A DNA stretch of 64,000 bases from an uncultured candidate division Zixibacteria bacterium (GTDB lineage Bacteria > Zixibacteria > MSB-5A5 > GN15 > FEB-12): contig CAVTJJ010000004.1 in assembly GCA_963735035.1 (NCBI GenBank), positions 128,001 through 192,000 on the forward strand, in the 5' to 3' direction. Shown here in pieces: positions 8,556 to 19,900 of this stretch (within the stretch, counting starts at the first letter, position 1; every line of letters starts with the position of its first letter). The translations under genes and the position numbers were made by a program. Below the pieces are notes generated by a model. That model did not search any database. It was not told the DNA's origin and was given only the letters and a program-made list of their open reading frames with translations.

Positions 8556-11231
8556 ATGAGGAAACTTTCATTTTTCCTTACGTTCGCTTTGGTGCTCAGC
8601 CTTGCGTACGGTGCGTTTGCTCAGCACAACGGCATTGTCAGCATTGACAATGTAAGTAACACCATCGACAATGGCGGTGTTGTTATGTTGATGGCGGGCT
8701 ATACGCACGTGGCGTCCATTCGGTACAACCTCCTCGCCAATTCGAATGCCGGTTTCTGGGGCGGTTCGAACGGGTGGGAACTGTACTCACCGGACGGTGC
8801 CAACTGGGTTAACCTTCTGCGTGGTGACGGTCCCATCGTCACCGCTCTAGCCCCGGCCACAAACAGGTACCGCAAGTACTTCAAGTCGGCCGACAACGGC
8901 GCGACCTGGGCCCAGACCGCTACTGGCGGCTCGACTCAGCCGGGTCCGAGCACTGGCGCCGCCAGCCGTGTTGGCTACTACCTTACCACTCTGTCGGGGG
9001 ATGGTACCGACGGTTTCGTTGGTGGTGTCACCAACGGTATCGCTGTGACCCTCACGTTCCAGACGCTTGCAGCTGACTCGAACAAGACGATGTGTCTCGA
9101 CACTGCCGCCGGCATTACTGCCTGGGAATGGGCGGCGCCGATTGCCGGTTCCGACTTCCCGCTGTGGGATAACGGTCTCGGTGTAAGCGGCCCGCGCTGC
9201 TTCTCGATCTATTTCGTTCCGAACCAACCGCCGGTCTTCGATTCGCCGACTGACAACTTGAGCTTCAATCACTGCGGAGAAGGCTCTAAGCAGCTTGTCG
9301 CTCATGATCCGGACGGCGACTATCCGCTCACGTATTCTTTCGCCCCCGGTTTCGAAACCGGTTTTGGCACCGTGACGGCTGCTGGTGCTTGGACCTGGTC
9401 AGGCTCGACCGTGCCGCAAGCCGGCCTTGCCGACCCGCAGTTCTTGGTGACCGATGCCAAGGGTGCCGTGTCCGTGGTGCCGTTCACGCTTCACGTGACC
9501 ACGACCAACAATGCCCCGACTATTCAGTGCCCGGCGCTGTTGACGGTGGGTATTGGTATGTGCAAGACGCAGACCGTGACTGTCGCTGATGTTGATATCT
9601 GCGACGGCAAGACGCTTTCTTTCGTCGGCTTCAGCCGCCCGTTCAATGGCACGTATTCTATTACCGGGACTACGATCGAGCTTTGCCCGATCTCCGGTGA
9701 TGAGAATACCGACACTCTCAAAATGACCGTTCAGGTCAGCGATGGTGCCGCTACCGCTACTTGCGATGTGCTGTGGAACGTTATCAAGGGATCCCCCTAT
9801 CAGGTTGAAATCGAAAAGGTGAAAGACCAGTATCAGGGTCAGTACACCGACGTATTCATCAAGCTGTATGGAGTCGATATCACCCAGGGTCTGGGCGGTT
9901 TTGATTTCATGGTGGCTTATGACAATTCAGCGCTGGCCTTCCAGCTTGCTTCCGAAGGCGACATCTACACTGAGTGTGGATGGGAATACTTCACTTACCG
10001 GTTCGGCCCGCGCGGTAACTGCGGCAATGGCTGCCCGAGCGGTCAGCTCCGTGTAATCGGCATGGCCGAAACCAACGACGGTCCGAATCACCCCGGCTGT
10101 AACATTGGTCACGTTGGCTATGCTAACACCTTCCCGGTCATTCTGGCCAATATGCGGTTCCTGGTCTCCAACGACCGTACCCTGAATTGCCAGTTTGTGC
10201 CGATTCGGTTCTACTGGTACGACTGCGGCGACAACGTCCTGTCGAACTACAATGGTTCCGAACTGTATCTCTCCACCCAGGTTTATGATTTCACGGAATA
10301 CGACAATCCGTTCCTCGGTGGTGCCATGGGCAATACGGCCAGCGGCTTCCCGACCTACACCGGTGCTCAGGCCGATTGCTTCTATGAGAATGTTCAGCTT
10401 CACAAAGTTGCGAAGCAGAACGTTGACTTCCAGAATGGTGGAGTGGACATCATCTGCTCTAACCTGATTGATGCTCCTGGCGACGTGAACATTAACGGCA
10501 TCGCGTACGAAATTGCCGATGCGGTCATGTTCACCAACTACTTCATCACTGGTTTGTCAGCTTTCGGTACCCATATCGAAGGTTCAATCGCTGCGACGGA
10601 CGCCAACCAAGACGGTATCACGCTGTCGGTTGCCGACCTGGTCTACTTGATCCGGGTAGTCGTTGGCGATGCTCAGCCGTATGCGAAGCTCAGCCCGATG
10701 GCTGCTCGTATCACGGTTGGCGACGGTGTATTTAATGTTAACCAGGCGATGGGCGCCGCTTACGTTGTCATGGCTGGCAATGTGACCCCGACCCTGTTGG
10801 CTGGCAACATGGAAATGCAGTACGGCTTCAACGGCCAGAACACGAACATCATTGTCTGGTCGCGTGAAGGCAATAGCTTCAATGGCGACTTCCTGCGCGC
10901 CAATGGCGAAGTCATCAAGACCGAATTTGCCGCCGCTAACGGTGCTCCGGTTATTGCTGACGTGATGCCGGCTAATTACGAACTGCATCAGAACTACCCG
11001 AACCCGTTCAACCCGTCGACGACCATCAAGATCGACGTGCCGAACAAGGGTGCGGATTGGAAGCTGAACATCTACAACGTTACCGGTCAGCTCGTCCAGA
11101 GCTTCTCCGGCGTTGCCACGGGCTTTGATGCCGTGACTTGGGATGCTTCTAACGTCTCCTCAGGCGTCTACTTCTACAAGCTGACGTCCGGTGACTACAG
11201 TGCCACGAAGAAGGCCGTCCTTCTGAAGTAA
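8556..11231 (+). CDS. Secreted scaffold protein: N-terminal domain, 2 Ig-like, cohesin-like, dockerin-like, CTD (gene B)
   Basis: AGGAG RBS and signal peptide MRKLSFFLTF; LGGFDFMVAYDNSALAF (cohesin-like); PGDVNING..IADAV / TDANQDG..VADLVYLI (dockerin-like); QNYPNPFNP...KKAVLLK. Confidence 0.8.
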   Translation: MRKLSFFLTFALVLSLAYGAFAQHNGIVSIDNVSNTIDNGGVVMLMAGYTHVASIRYNLLANSNAGFWGGSNGWELYSPDGANWVNLLRGDGPIVTALAPATNRYRKYFKSADNGATWAQTATGGSTQPGPSTGAASRVGYYLTTLSGDGTDGFVGGVTNGIAVTLTFQTLAADSNKTMCLDTAAGITAWEWAAPIAGSDFPLWDNGLGVSGPRCFSIYFVPNQPPVFDSPTDNLSFNHCGEGSKQLVAHDPDGDYPLTYSFAPGFETGFGTVTAAGAWTWSGSTVPQAGLADPQFLVTDAKGAVSVVPFTLHVTTTNNAPTIQCPALLTVGIGMCKTQTVTVADVDICDGKTLSFVGFSRPFNGTYSITGTTIELCPISGDENTDTLKMTVQVSDGAATATCDVLWNVIKGSPYQVEIEKVKDQYQGQYTDVFIKLYGVDITQGLGGFDFMVAYDNSALAFQLASEGDIYTECGWEYFTYRFGPRGNCGNGCPSGQLRVIGMAETNDGPNHPGCNIGHVGYANTFPVILANMRFLVSNDRTLNCQFVPIRFYWYDCGDNVLSNYNGSELYLSTQVYDFTEYDNPFLGGAMGNTASGFPTYTGAQADCFYENVQLHKVAKQNVDFQNGGVDIICSNLIDAPGDVNINGIAYEIADAVMFTNYFITGLSAFGTHIEGSIAATDANQDGITLSVADLVYLIRVVVGDAQPYAKLSPMAARITVGDGVFNVNQAMGAAYVVMAGNVTPTLLAGNMEMQYGFNGQNTNIIVWSREGNSFNGDFLRANGEVIKTEFAAANGAPVIADVMPANYELHQNYPNPFNPSTTIKIDVPNKGADWKLNIYNVTGQLVQSFSGVATGFDAVTWDASNVSSGVYFYKLTSGDYSATKKAVLLK

Positions 11232-11250
11232 AGCCGTTTCATTTGGCTTG

Positions 11251-11283
11251 AACCCCCGGAGAGGTTAACCCTTTCCGGGGGTT
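11251..11283 (+). terminator. Hairpin terminator after gene B
   Basis: AACCCCCGGA...TCCGGGGGTT inverted repeat 20 nt after the stop codon; weak U tract. Confidence 0.65.
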
Positions 11284-11407
11284 CCAATTCGAAGCACGAG
11301 GAGAATTGAGTATTGAGCGAAGGTTAAAGAGACAAAGAACAAAGACTCTTGAGTCAAATTTGAGGTTTGAAAGTGGCCATTTTGATGCGGAAAACAGCAG
11401 TTTTCGC

Positions 11408-11436
11408 GTGACAAAGCGGCTCTTTTTGTATATAAT
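11408..11436 (+). promoter_or_regulatory. Putative sigma70 promoter for the 11784-33803 operon
   Basis: GTGACA-17 nt-TATAAT. Confidence 0.65.
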
Positions 11437-11783
11437 GTGGTGCTCTGTTGGGATGTACTTACCTGCTTCGCCGGGTGTTGCCATACTGCGGAAGGTTGCA
11501 TATACCTGCGGAAGAATGACAGACAACCTCACTATGTTGCTCGCCGCCAGGAAAAGGAGCGTCGGATAGCCTAACTGGTATCGATGAGTTAGACTGGCTG
11601 TTGAGAACATAAGTCCTTACCGTTTCTACTCTTAAACGGATGTTCTTCAGAGAGACTTACTCTGGGTAGAGCCGGACAAGAGTTCGCCAGGGAGAGGCGA
11701 ACCGACTTGCGGCATAGGACTGGTTCCGGTCTGATTATTGCTCGGAACTGGATTGGCTAAATGCCGACTTGGTAAGTCACGCT

Positions 11784-14222
11784 ATGTTAAGAAAGTACTT
11801 TGCAGTAGTAATCGGTACGATGGTGCTGCTTTTGGCAGTGCAGTCGATATTGCACGCCGAGCCGGCAGCGGCCGCCTATGCAATTTATGTCGATTCTGTG
11901 CAGGCCGGCCCGGGTGAAGATATAGCGGTGCGTTTCTTCCTGACCAATGAGACAGCACTTACATCTCTAAGTGTACCTTTAACATACAATCCTGCGCTGG
12001 TGACGCTGAAATCCGTAAGCTTCTCCGGCTCACGAGCGCAACACCTTGCCAACAAGATAGTTATGCCGTCAGACCTGACATCGGCCAACGGTCATTTCAT
12101 GGTAGCTGCTTTTCAGTGGCTCGAGGATCCTGTTGCAGCGGGCGACGGACTGCTTTTCACCGCTGTGTTTGGTGTCAATTCCCAGGCGATCCCCGGCTCT
12201 TTTACCGCGATTGACACGCTCTTTTACGCCCCGGGAGGTTTTCTAGAAGTTGTCCGAGCCGATATTCCGGGAGGGATACGTCCGGAGTTCAGGAAAGGTA
12301 GAATCTTGGTTGGAGAGCCAAACCGAGCGCCCATTTTCACGATGCTGCCAGATCAGTATATTCTTGAAGGCGACAGCTTGAAGCTGACCGTTCGGGTGAC
12401 CGACCCGGACGGTGATCGCGTTACTCTGGCGGCCACTTCGAAACCGATTGGCGCGACGTTTATCGATAACGGCGACGGCACGGCGCAGTTTGTGTGGCGG
12501 CCCGATTACGTTGGTCCGAATTCGGCTGACGGTTCGCCGGTTAAGGTCCGGTTCTGGGCGGGCGACGGTGATTTGTCGAGTCAGATCGAGCTGACTGTCA
12601 ATGTCATCAACTGTAACCGTCGTCCTGAGATCACGGCGCCCATCAATGTGGCGGTAGAAGCGGGCGAGACGCTGGATTTTTCTCTGTCGGCCGTCGATCC
12701 CGATTTTGAGGCGGTGCACTGGAGTTGGTCAGGTCTGCCGCAGGGAGCGGTCTTCAACGACGCCAACCCGGGACACCTGACGTGGACATCTGCCGTTACC
12801 GATTCCGGATCGTTCGCGCTTCACTTTGTAGCCATTGACCCTCAGGGACTGGCCGACACCGCTCTTGTTACCACCCACGTGCAGGCGGTGGCGCTCTATA
12901 CCATCCGACTTGATTCGACGCAGGCCATGCCGAATGAGACTATCAAGTCTCATGTCGTTCTCGACAACAAACTTCCGGTCGCCGGATTCAACCTCCTGAT
13001 AAATCACGATCCTTCGGCCCTGGCCTATATATCTCTGACCAATCTCGGCACCCGAAGTGAGTCATTCGAGTATTTCAACGTCAACACCAACCACCATGGC
13101 ATTGCGGGTGACATTCGGATCATCGGTATTGCCAACGTGGGTGGTGGCGCCCCGGCCCTGGCGGAGGGCGACGGTCCCATTGCGGAGGCAACATTCCATG
13201 TCACTGGTGATCTGGCCTACGCCGGGATGAGCGTTCCGTTCTGGTTCCAGTTCCGCGACGACCCCATTAACGATGACAACACCCTCACCGGCAGCTCGGG
13301 CGCACGGATCAACCAGAGCGAAATCGTATACGTCAACGGCAATGTGCAGATCGCGGATATAGGCCAGATTCGGATTGGCGACATCAACCTGAATAATATT
13401 CAGGCCGAGATTGGCGACGTTATCTATTTCACTAATCACTTCATCAATCCGGTTCTGTACAGCTTCAACACCCTGCAGTACGCCAACTCCGATGTCAACC
13501 AGGACGGTATAGTCGCGACTGTCAGTGATCTGGTTTCGCTGATCAACTGGGTCGTATCGGGGGTGAGGCCGTTCGCCAAAGTAAGCGCGGGCGGCGCTCT
13601 GACCGCGACTTTTGAAACGACCTCAGTGGGCGGCGCGATTTCATTTGCATATGATAGTGAAGACGAGATCGGAGCGGCGTTGGTGGTCTTCGAGACTGAT
13701 CGGGAAATGACTCCCGAAATGCTGACCACTAATCTTAGCGGTATGACGATGGATCTGCACCAGGACGGCCCCGAAGTAAAGGTATTGTTCTACAGCATGA
13801 ACGGTCATGCCATGCCGGCTGTCCGCACGGAATTGTTTTCGGTAGCCGGTCTGGATGATTTCAAAGTTACTCATGTCGAGCTGGGCAGCGCCGACGGCCG
13901 TTATGTCGAGGTATCGATGGCGGCCGCCGGCCCTGAACTGCCGACCGGTTTTGAGTTGAGTCAGAATTATCCGAACCCGTTCAATCCGGAGACAACGATT
14001 GAGTTTGCGCTGCCGTCGGCCTCAACTGTCGAATTGACCGTATATAATGTGCTGGGGCAGCAAGTGGCGACGCTGGTCAAGGGTGAATGCCAGGCTGGAA
14101 TCAATCGGGTGGTGTGGAACGGCTCCGACAGTGACGGCCGCGCCGCGGCATCGGGTATCTATCTGTATCGCCTGTCGGCCGGATCAACGGTTCTTACACG
14201 AAAGATGATGCTCCTGAAGTAG
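11784..14222 (+). CDS. Secreted scaffold protein: cohesin-like, 2 Ig-like, cohesin-like, dockerin-like, CTD (gene C)
   Basis: IYVDSVQAGPGEDIAVRFFLTN..LSVPLTYNPALVTLKSVSF and IRLDSTQAMPNET..VAGFNLLINHDPSAL (cohesin-like); IGDINLN / SDVNQDG (dockerin-like); YPNPFNP...RKMMLLK. Confidence 0.8.
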   Translation: MLRKYFAVVIGTMVLLLAVQSILHAEPAAAAYAIYVDSVQAGPGEDIAVRFFLTNETALTSLSVPLTYNPALVTLKSVSFSGSRAQHLANKIVMPSDLTSANGHFMVAAFQWLEDPVAAGDGLLFTAVFGVNSQAIPGSFTAIDTLFYAPGGFLEVVRADIPGGIRPEFRKGRILVGEPNRAPIFTMLPDQYILEGDSLKLTVRVTDPDGDRVTLAATSKPIGATFIDNGDGTAQFVWRPDYVGPNSADGSPVKVRFWAGDGDLSSQIELTVNVINCNRRPEITAPINVAVEAGETLDFSLSAVDPDFEAVHWSWSGLPQGAVFNDANPGHLTWTSAVTDSGSFALHFVAIDPQGLADTALVTTHVQAVALYTIRLDSTQAMPNETIKSHVVLDNKLPVAGFNLLINHDPSALAYISLTNLGTRSESFEYFNVNTNHHGIAGDIRIIGIANVGGGAPALAEGDGPIAEATFHVTGDLAYAGMSVPFWFQFRDDPINDDNTLTGSSGARINQSEIVYVNGNVQIADIGQIRIGDINLNNIQAEIGDVIYFTNHFINPVLYSFNTLQYANSDVNQDGIVATVSDLVSLINWVVSGVRPFAKVSAGGALTATFETTSVGGAISFAYDSEDEIGAALVVFETDREMTPEMLTTNLSGMTMDLHQDGPEVKVLFYSMNGHAMPAVRTELFSVAGLDDFKVTHVELGSADGRYVEVSMAAAGPELPTGFELSQNYPNPFNPETTIEFALPSASTVELTVYNVLGQQVATLVKGECQAGINRVVWNGSDSDGRAAASGIYLYRLSAGSTVLTRKMMLLK

Positions 14223-14275
14223 GGCATGGATATACACTTTGATAACGATGTACTTGAAATAGGTTAGAGGTCGCG

Positions 14276-16967
14276 ATGCGATTTGCAAAAATCACTCTAT
14301 TGTGTCTCTTAGTCCTGGTGGCGCTGGCCGACGTCTCCAAAGCTCAGTACAGATGTTCCGATGTGGTTCAATCTGCGACGGAGAGTATTCGTCTGCCGTT
14401 CTTTTGTGGCAAGCCCGGTGACACCGTCCTCCTGCCGGTCATTCTGGATAACGACTCCATAGTGACACCTTTTCAATTCTTGATCCAGTTCGACACAACC
14501 TGGTTGACGCCGCTCTTAACCCTTGACTCCACCTGTATTACCCTGAGCGATAATGGGTTAGACTGTCTCCAATGGCATTACGTCTGGTATGCCGATTACC
14601 TAATTACCGGTCGTATGCTCAAGACCGTTACTACCGACGGACAATTCGGTCCGGTGATCGATACTGTTAACAGGTTCACCGTGACTCTGTTTGAAGGTAC
14701 GAAGAATGTCCTGGCTTGCAACGGGCTCCCGGAAGGCAGTTTTTTCGATTCGTTGCCTCCGGGAAATGACACGATCTTCTATATTAAGCTGAAGGTCAAG
14801 GAGACAATGCCACATTTGACATTGTCGCAATTCAATTTCTATGAGACTGACATCTATGAGGACGTCGATGTGAACGGCGTACCTACGCGCGTATATTACG
14901 GATGTAGCACCTCGCAGATGTCGGAGGCCTGGCGCCTAACGGATAACACGACATCCTCTCCCCAGATTTACCCGAAGACCACCCAGCCATACGCCTACTA
15001 CTTTCAGGCTGATACCGGCTGTGTGCCACCGGTACCGGTTGATCCCACTGTTGCGTTGACCGCCAACCCGACTACTATCACTACCAGTGGAACGACAACT
15101 CTGAGTTGGACTTCCACCAATTCCGACTCGGTAGTGGTGTCCACCAGTCTGGGCTCTCGTCTTACCGGGACCTCGCAGGGGCACGTCTCCGGGAGTATCG
15201 TTTGGACTCCTACCGCCGCCGGCACGTATGTTTTCGTGGCGCGCGCTTATGGAAAGAATGGCAATACGGCCCTGGGTGACGCCACCGTGATAGTAACCGG
15301 AGTCAATCCAGGCACTGGGCCTACGCTGACGGTAAGCGGGCTGCAATCGTCATACGATCAGGGCATGTCGGTCCAGTTCGACGTCATCGGAACGGGCAAC
15401 AGCAGTTCGCAAACAGTCACGATAACCGCCACCGGGCCGACCGGCTCGACTTTCGGTGGGGGAACGTCCGTGAACGGGTCCCAGTCCGGTCACCGGTACT
15501 TTCAACTGGGTTCCTAATCAGAGCGGGAATTTCACGGTGACCTTCACCGGGAATAGCACCAGTGGGACGACTATTCTGAATCTCTCGATAATAGTCAATG
15601 CACCGAAATTCGACCGTTTGTACTCCAGCTCCAAGACGGGTAATCGACCCGTGGGCGGACGTCCGGGCAAATCGGAGATCGCTTTCCCGATCGATCTGGT
15701 CAAACTGCAGGATGTTTTCGGCGTTCAGTTCGACATGACTTACCCCAACGATTTGGTCCGCGTCGATTCGTTTATGACCACGGTTCGCATTCCGGACTAT
15801 GTCGTTTATGACAATATCGGCACGACGCCTGGCACTATCCGGGTCGTGACGTTTGGCTTGAACAATGAGCCGGTGATCGATACCAATACGACGGCCATCC
15901 TGCATGCGATGATGACCATTGATTCGAGCGCTGTGCCGTGGACCGACCTCGTGATTCATCTCGCCAACGGCCGCGAATCGATCGATCCCGACCCGCTGGT
16001 AGGTTCCAAGGAAATGCTTTCCGACTCCGGCCTGGTAGTGGTCGACTCCGTCGGTGATGTCAACTTGGACCGATACATAGACGTGGCCGATGTGGTCAAT
16101 ATTGTGTCGTATGTTATCGGCACGCATACGCTGGTGCCGAGACAGTTCGAAGTCGCCGACGTGATCCGTAACGACTCGGTGAACGTTTTCGACCTGGTGG
16201 CCGATGTGAACATGATCTACGGTATCGCCCTGGCGCAACCGGCCCCGCCGACTCCGGACCAGACCGCCGTACTCACCGTCTCCTATAATGATATAGCGGG
16301 CGGATCATCGGACGTCCTCAAAGTCAGCTCCAAGATTTCTGAAGAAGTGGCGGGTGTGCAGCTTCAGTTGAACTATGATCCGACCACGGTCAGCCTGGGT
16401 ACTCCCCGCCTGACGCAGGACAACGCCGACTACGCCCTTAATTCGTACGACAACGGTCAGGGTCGTATGCGGATCCTGCTTTACAAGTTCGCGCCTTACA
16501 ATTCCGGCGAATTCATGCAGGCGGGTGACGTTCAACTGGTCGAGATTCCGATCACTGCCTATAAGAGCGTGAAGGCGAATGACAAGACCCGTATCCGCCT
16601 GACCGAAGCGCTTATGTCCACGACCGTGGCCGGGGCGCTGACGGTAGAGGGGATAGACAAGCCTCTGCCGCTGACTTTCTCTTTGAAGCAGAATTATCCG
16701 AATCCGTTTAATCCGACTACTACTATCAAATTCGAGGTTGGCGTTTCCGATGTGGGCGCTTTACAGCAGGATGTCAACCTCGACGTCTATAACGTCCTCG
16801 GTCAACATGTGAGCAGCTTGGCCGCCGGCAAATATTCCGCGGGCGCATACGAAGTTGTTTGGAACGCTACGAACAAGGATGGTCGTCGCGTTGCCAGTGG
16901 TGTGTATCTGTACCGACTAAACGTCGGCGGAGAGTCAATGACCAAGAAGATGCTATTCCTTAAGTAA
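14276..16967 (+). CDS. Secreted scaffold protein (~896 aa once one frameshift is corrected): cohesin-like, 2 Ig-like, cohesin-like, dockerin-like, cohesin-like, CTD (gene D)
   Basis: Removing one base near 15480 joins ORFs 14276..15517 and 15537..16967 through VTGTFNWVPNQSGNFTVTF. VGDVNLDRYIDVADVV / ADVIRNDSVNVFDLV dockerin; VAGVQLQLNYDP cohesin; YPNPFNP...KKMLFLK. Confidence 0.75.
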
Positions 16968-16990
16968 TAGCTCTCGGAGGAATCGTTAGG

Positions 16991-19900
16991 ATGAATCGAT
17001 TCGTAAGAATTATCTTTGGTACCGCGCTGCTCTTGCTTTTGGCCGGCGCGGCCACCGCACAATCGTTCCCGCCGGTGCTAAATCCGATCGGGGCGCAGTC
17101 TGTCAATGAAAACCTGCTGTTGTCGTTTACCGTGTCGGCTTCCGACAGTGATTTGACCACGCCTGTGCTTACCACCTCGACTGCTTCCCACCGGCGCCGG
17201 GTTTACCGATAACCTCAACGGCACCGGCAGCTTCACCTGGACCCCGACTTATGCCCAGGCGGGTTCATATAATGTGACTTTCTACGCCACCGATGCTGTC
17301 ACAACCGACGTGGACTCGGAGTTGGTCGTAATCACAGTGAACGATGTCCCTCAGGCGCCGGTCGTGAGCAATATCCCGGACCAGACTGTCGCCGAAGGTT
17401 CAACTTTCACTACTGTCAATCTCGATAACTACGTCACGGACGCAGACAATAGTGCGGCGGAGATGACCTGGACTTACTCCGGTAACACGGCTCTGACGGT
17501 CAGCATCGATGTCAACCGGGTCGCCACAATTACGATTCCGGACGTCAACTGGAATGGTGCTGAGACGATTACGTTTACGGCGACTGATCCGGTCTGCTGT
17601 TCTCATCTGATCCGGCCACGTTCACGGTCACGGCGGTCAACGATGCACCGGTGGTAGCCGACATCCCGAATCAGACTGTCGCTGAAGGCTCGACTTTCAC
17701 GACGATCAGTCTTGATAGCTACGTGACTGACGTTGACAACACACCCTCTCAGATGACCTGGACTTACTCAGGAAACACCGTCACTTACCGTAAGCATCGA
17801 TGTCAACCGGATCGCTACGATCACGATTCCGGATGCGAACTGGAATGGCTCTGAGACGATCACTTTCACTGCTACCGATCCGGGCCTTCTGTTCTCATCC
17901 GACCCGGCGACGTTTACGGTCACAGCGGTCAATGACGCCCCGGTCGTAGCTGACATCCCGAACCAGACTATCGCCGAAGGCTCGACCTTTACGACGATCA
18001 GTCTCGACAGCTACGTTACGGACGTCGACAACACTTCGGCCCAGATGACCTGGACCTACTCCGGTAACACGGCGTTGACGGTGAGCATTGATGTCAACCG
18101 GGTGGCCACGATCACGATTCCGGACGCCAACTGGAACGGCGCCGAGACGATCACTTTCACCGCGACCGATCCGGGCTTGCTGTTCTGCTTCTGATCCGGC
18201 GACGTTTACGGTTACGGCAGTCAACAACGCTCCAGTGGTGGCCGACATCCCGAACCAGACTGTAGCTGAAGGATCGACCTTTACAACAATCAGTCTCGAC
18301 AGCTACGTGACCGATGTCGACAACACCGCGGCCCAGATGACCTGGACCTACTCCGGCAACACGGCTTTGACGGTCAGTATCGATGTCAACCGGGTGGCCA
18401 CGATCACGATTCCGGATGCCAACTGGAACGGCGCTGAAACGATCACATTTACTGCCACCGATCCGGGCCTGCTGTTCGCTTCTGACCCGGCCACGTTTAC
18501 GGTCACGGCCGTCAACAATGCACCGGTGGTAACTGACATTCCTGACCAGACTATCGCCGAAGGATCGACCTTCACGACCATCGCTCTCGATGGCTATGTC
18601 TCTGACGTTGACAACACCGACGCCCAGATGACCTGGACCTACTCCGGCAACACGGCTCTGACGGTCAGTATCGATGTCAACAGGGTCGCTACGATTACGA
18701 TCCTGGATGCGAACTGGAACGGCGCTGAGACGATCACGTTTACGGCGACTGATCCCGGCTTGCTCGCTTCGTCCGATGCCGCCATCTTCACGGTAACGGC
18801 GGTTAATGATGCGCCGGTAGTCACTGATATCCCGGATCAGACAATAGCAGAAGGCTCGACGTTCACGACTATCGCTCTCGACGGCTACGTCTCCGACGTT
18901 GACAACACTGATGCCCAGATGACCTGGACTTACTCTGGTAATACCGCTTTGACGGTCAGTATCAGTCCAACCAGAGTTGCCACGATCACGATGCCGGATG
19001 CCAACTGGAATGGCGCCGAGACGATCACGTTTACGGCCACCGATCCCGGATTGCTGTTTTCGTCCAACCCGGCCACGTTTACGGTCACAGCCGTCAATGA
19101 CGCTCCTGTAGTTTCAGATATCCCGAATCAGACTGTGGCTGAAGGCTCGACCTTTACGACTATAGCTCTTGATGGCTATGTCTCTGACGTTGACAACACC
19201 GACGCCCAGATGACGTGGACATACTCCGGCAATACGGCGTTGACCGTGAGCATTGATGTCAACCGGGTTGCCACGATCACAATCCCTGACGCCAACTGGA
19301 ATGGCGCCGAGACGATTACGTTCACAGCGACCGACCCTGGCCTGTTGTTCTCATCCAACCCGGCCACGTTCACGGTTACAGCGGTCAACGACGCCCCGGT
19401 GGTGGCTGACATCCCGAATCAGACGATAGCTGAAGGCTCGACCTTCACGACCATCGCTCTCGATGGCTATGTCTCTGACGTCGACAACACCGACGCTCAG
19501 ATGACCTGGACTTACTCCGGCAACACCGCGCTTACGGTTAGTATCGATGTCAACCGGATCGCTACGATTACTACCCCAGATGCCAACTGGAACGGCGCCG
19601 AGACGATTACTTTCACGGCCACTGATCCGGGTCTGCTGTTCTCATCGAACCCCGCGACGTTCACGGTTACGGCAGTAAACGACGCGCCGGTGGTAACTGA
19701 CATTCCTGACCAGACTATCGCCGAAGGTTCGACCTTTACGACTATAGCTCTTGATGGCTATGTCTCAGACGTCGACAACACACCTTCTCAGATGACCTGG
19801 ACCTACTCCGGCAATACGGCGCTTACGGTCAGTATAAGCCCTACTAGAGTAGCTACGATCACGATTCCGGACGCCAACTGGAACGGCGCCGAGACTATCA

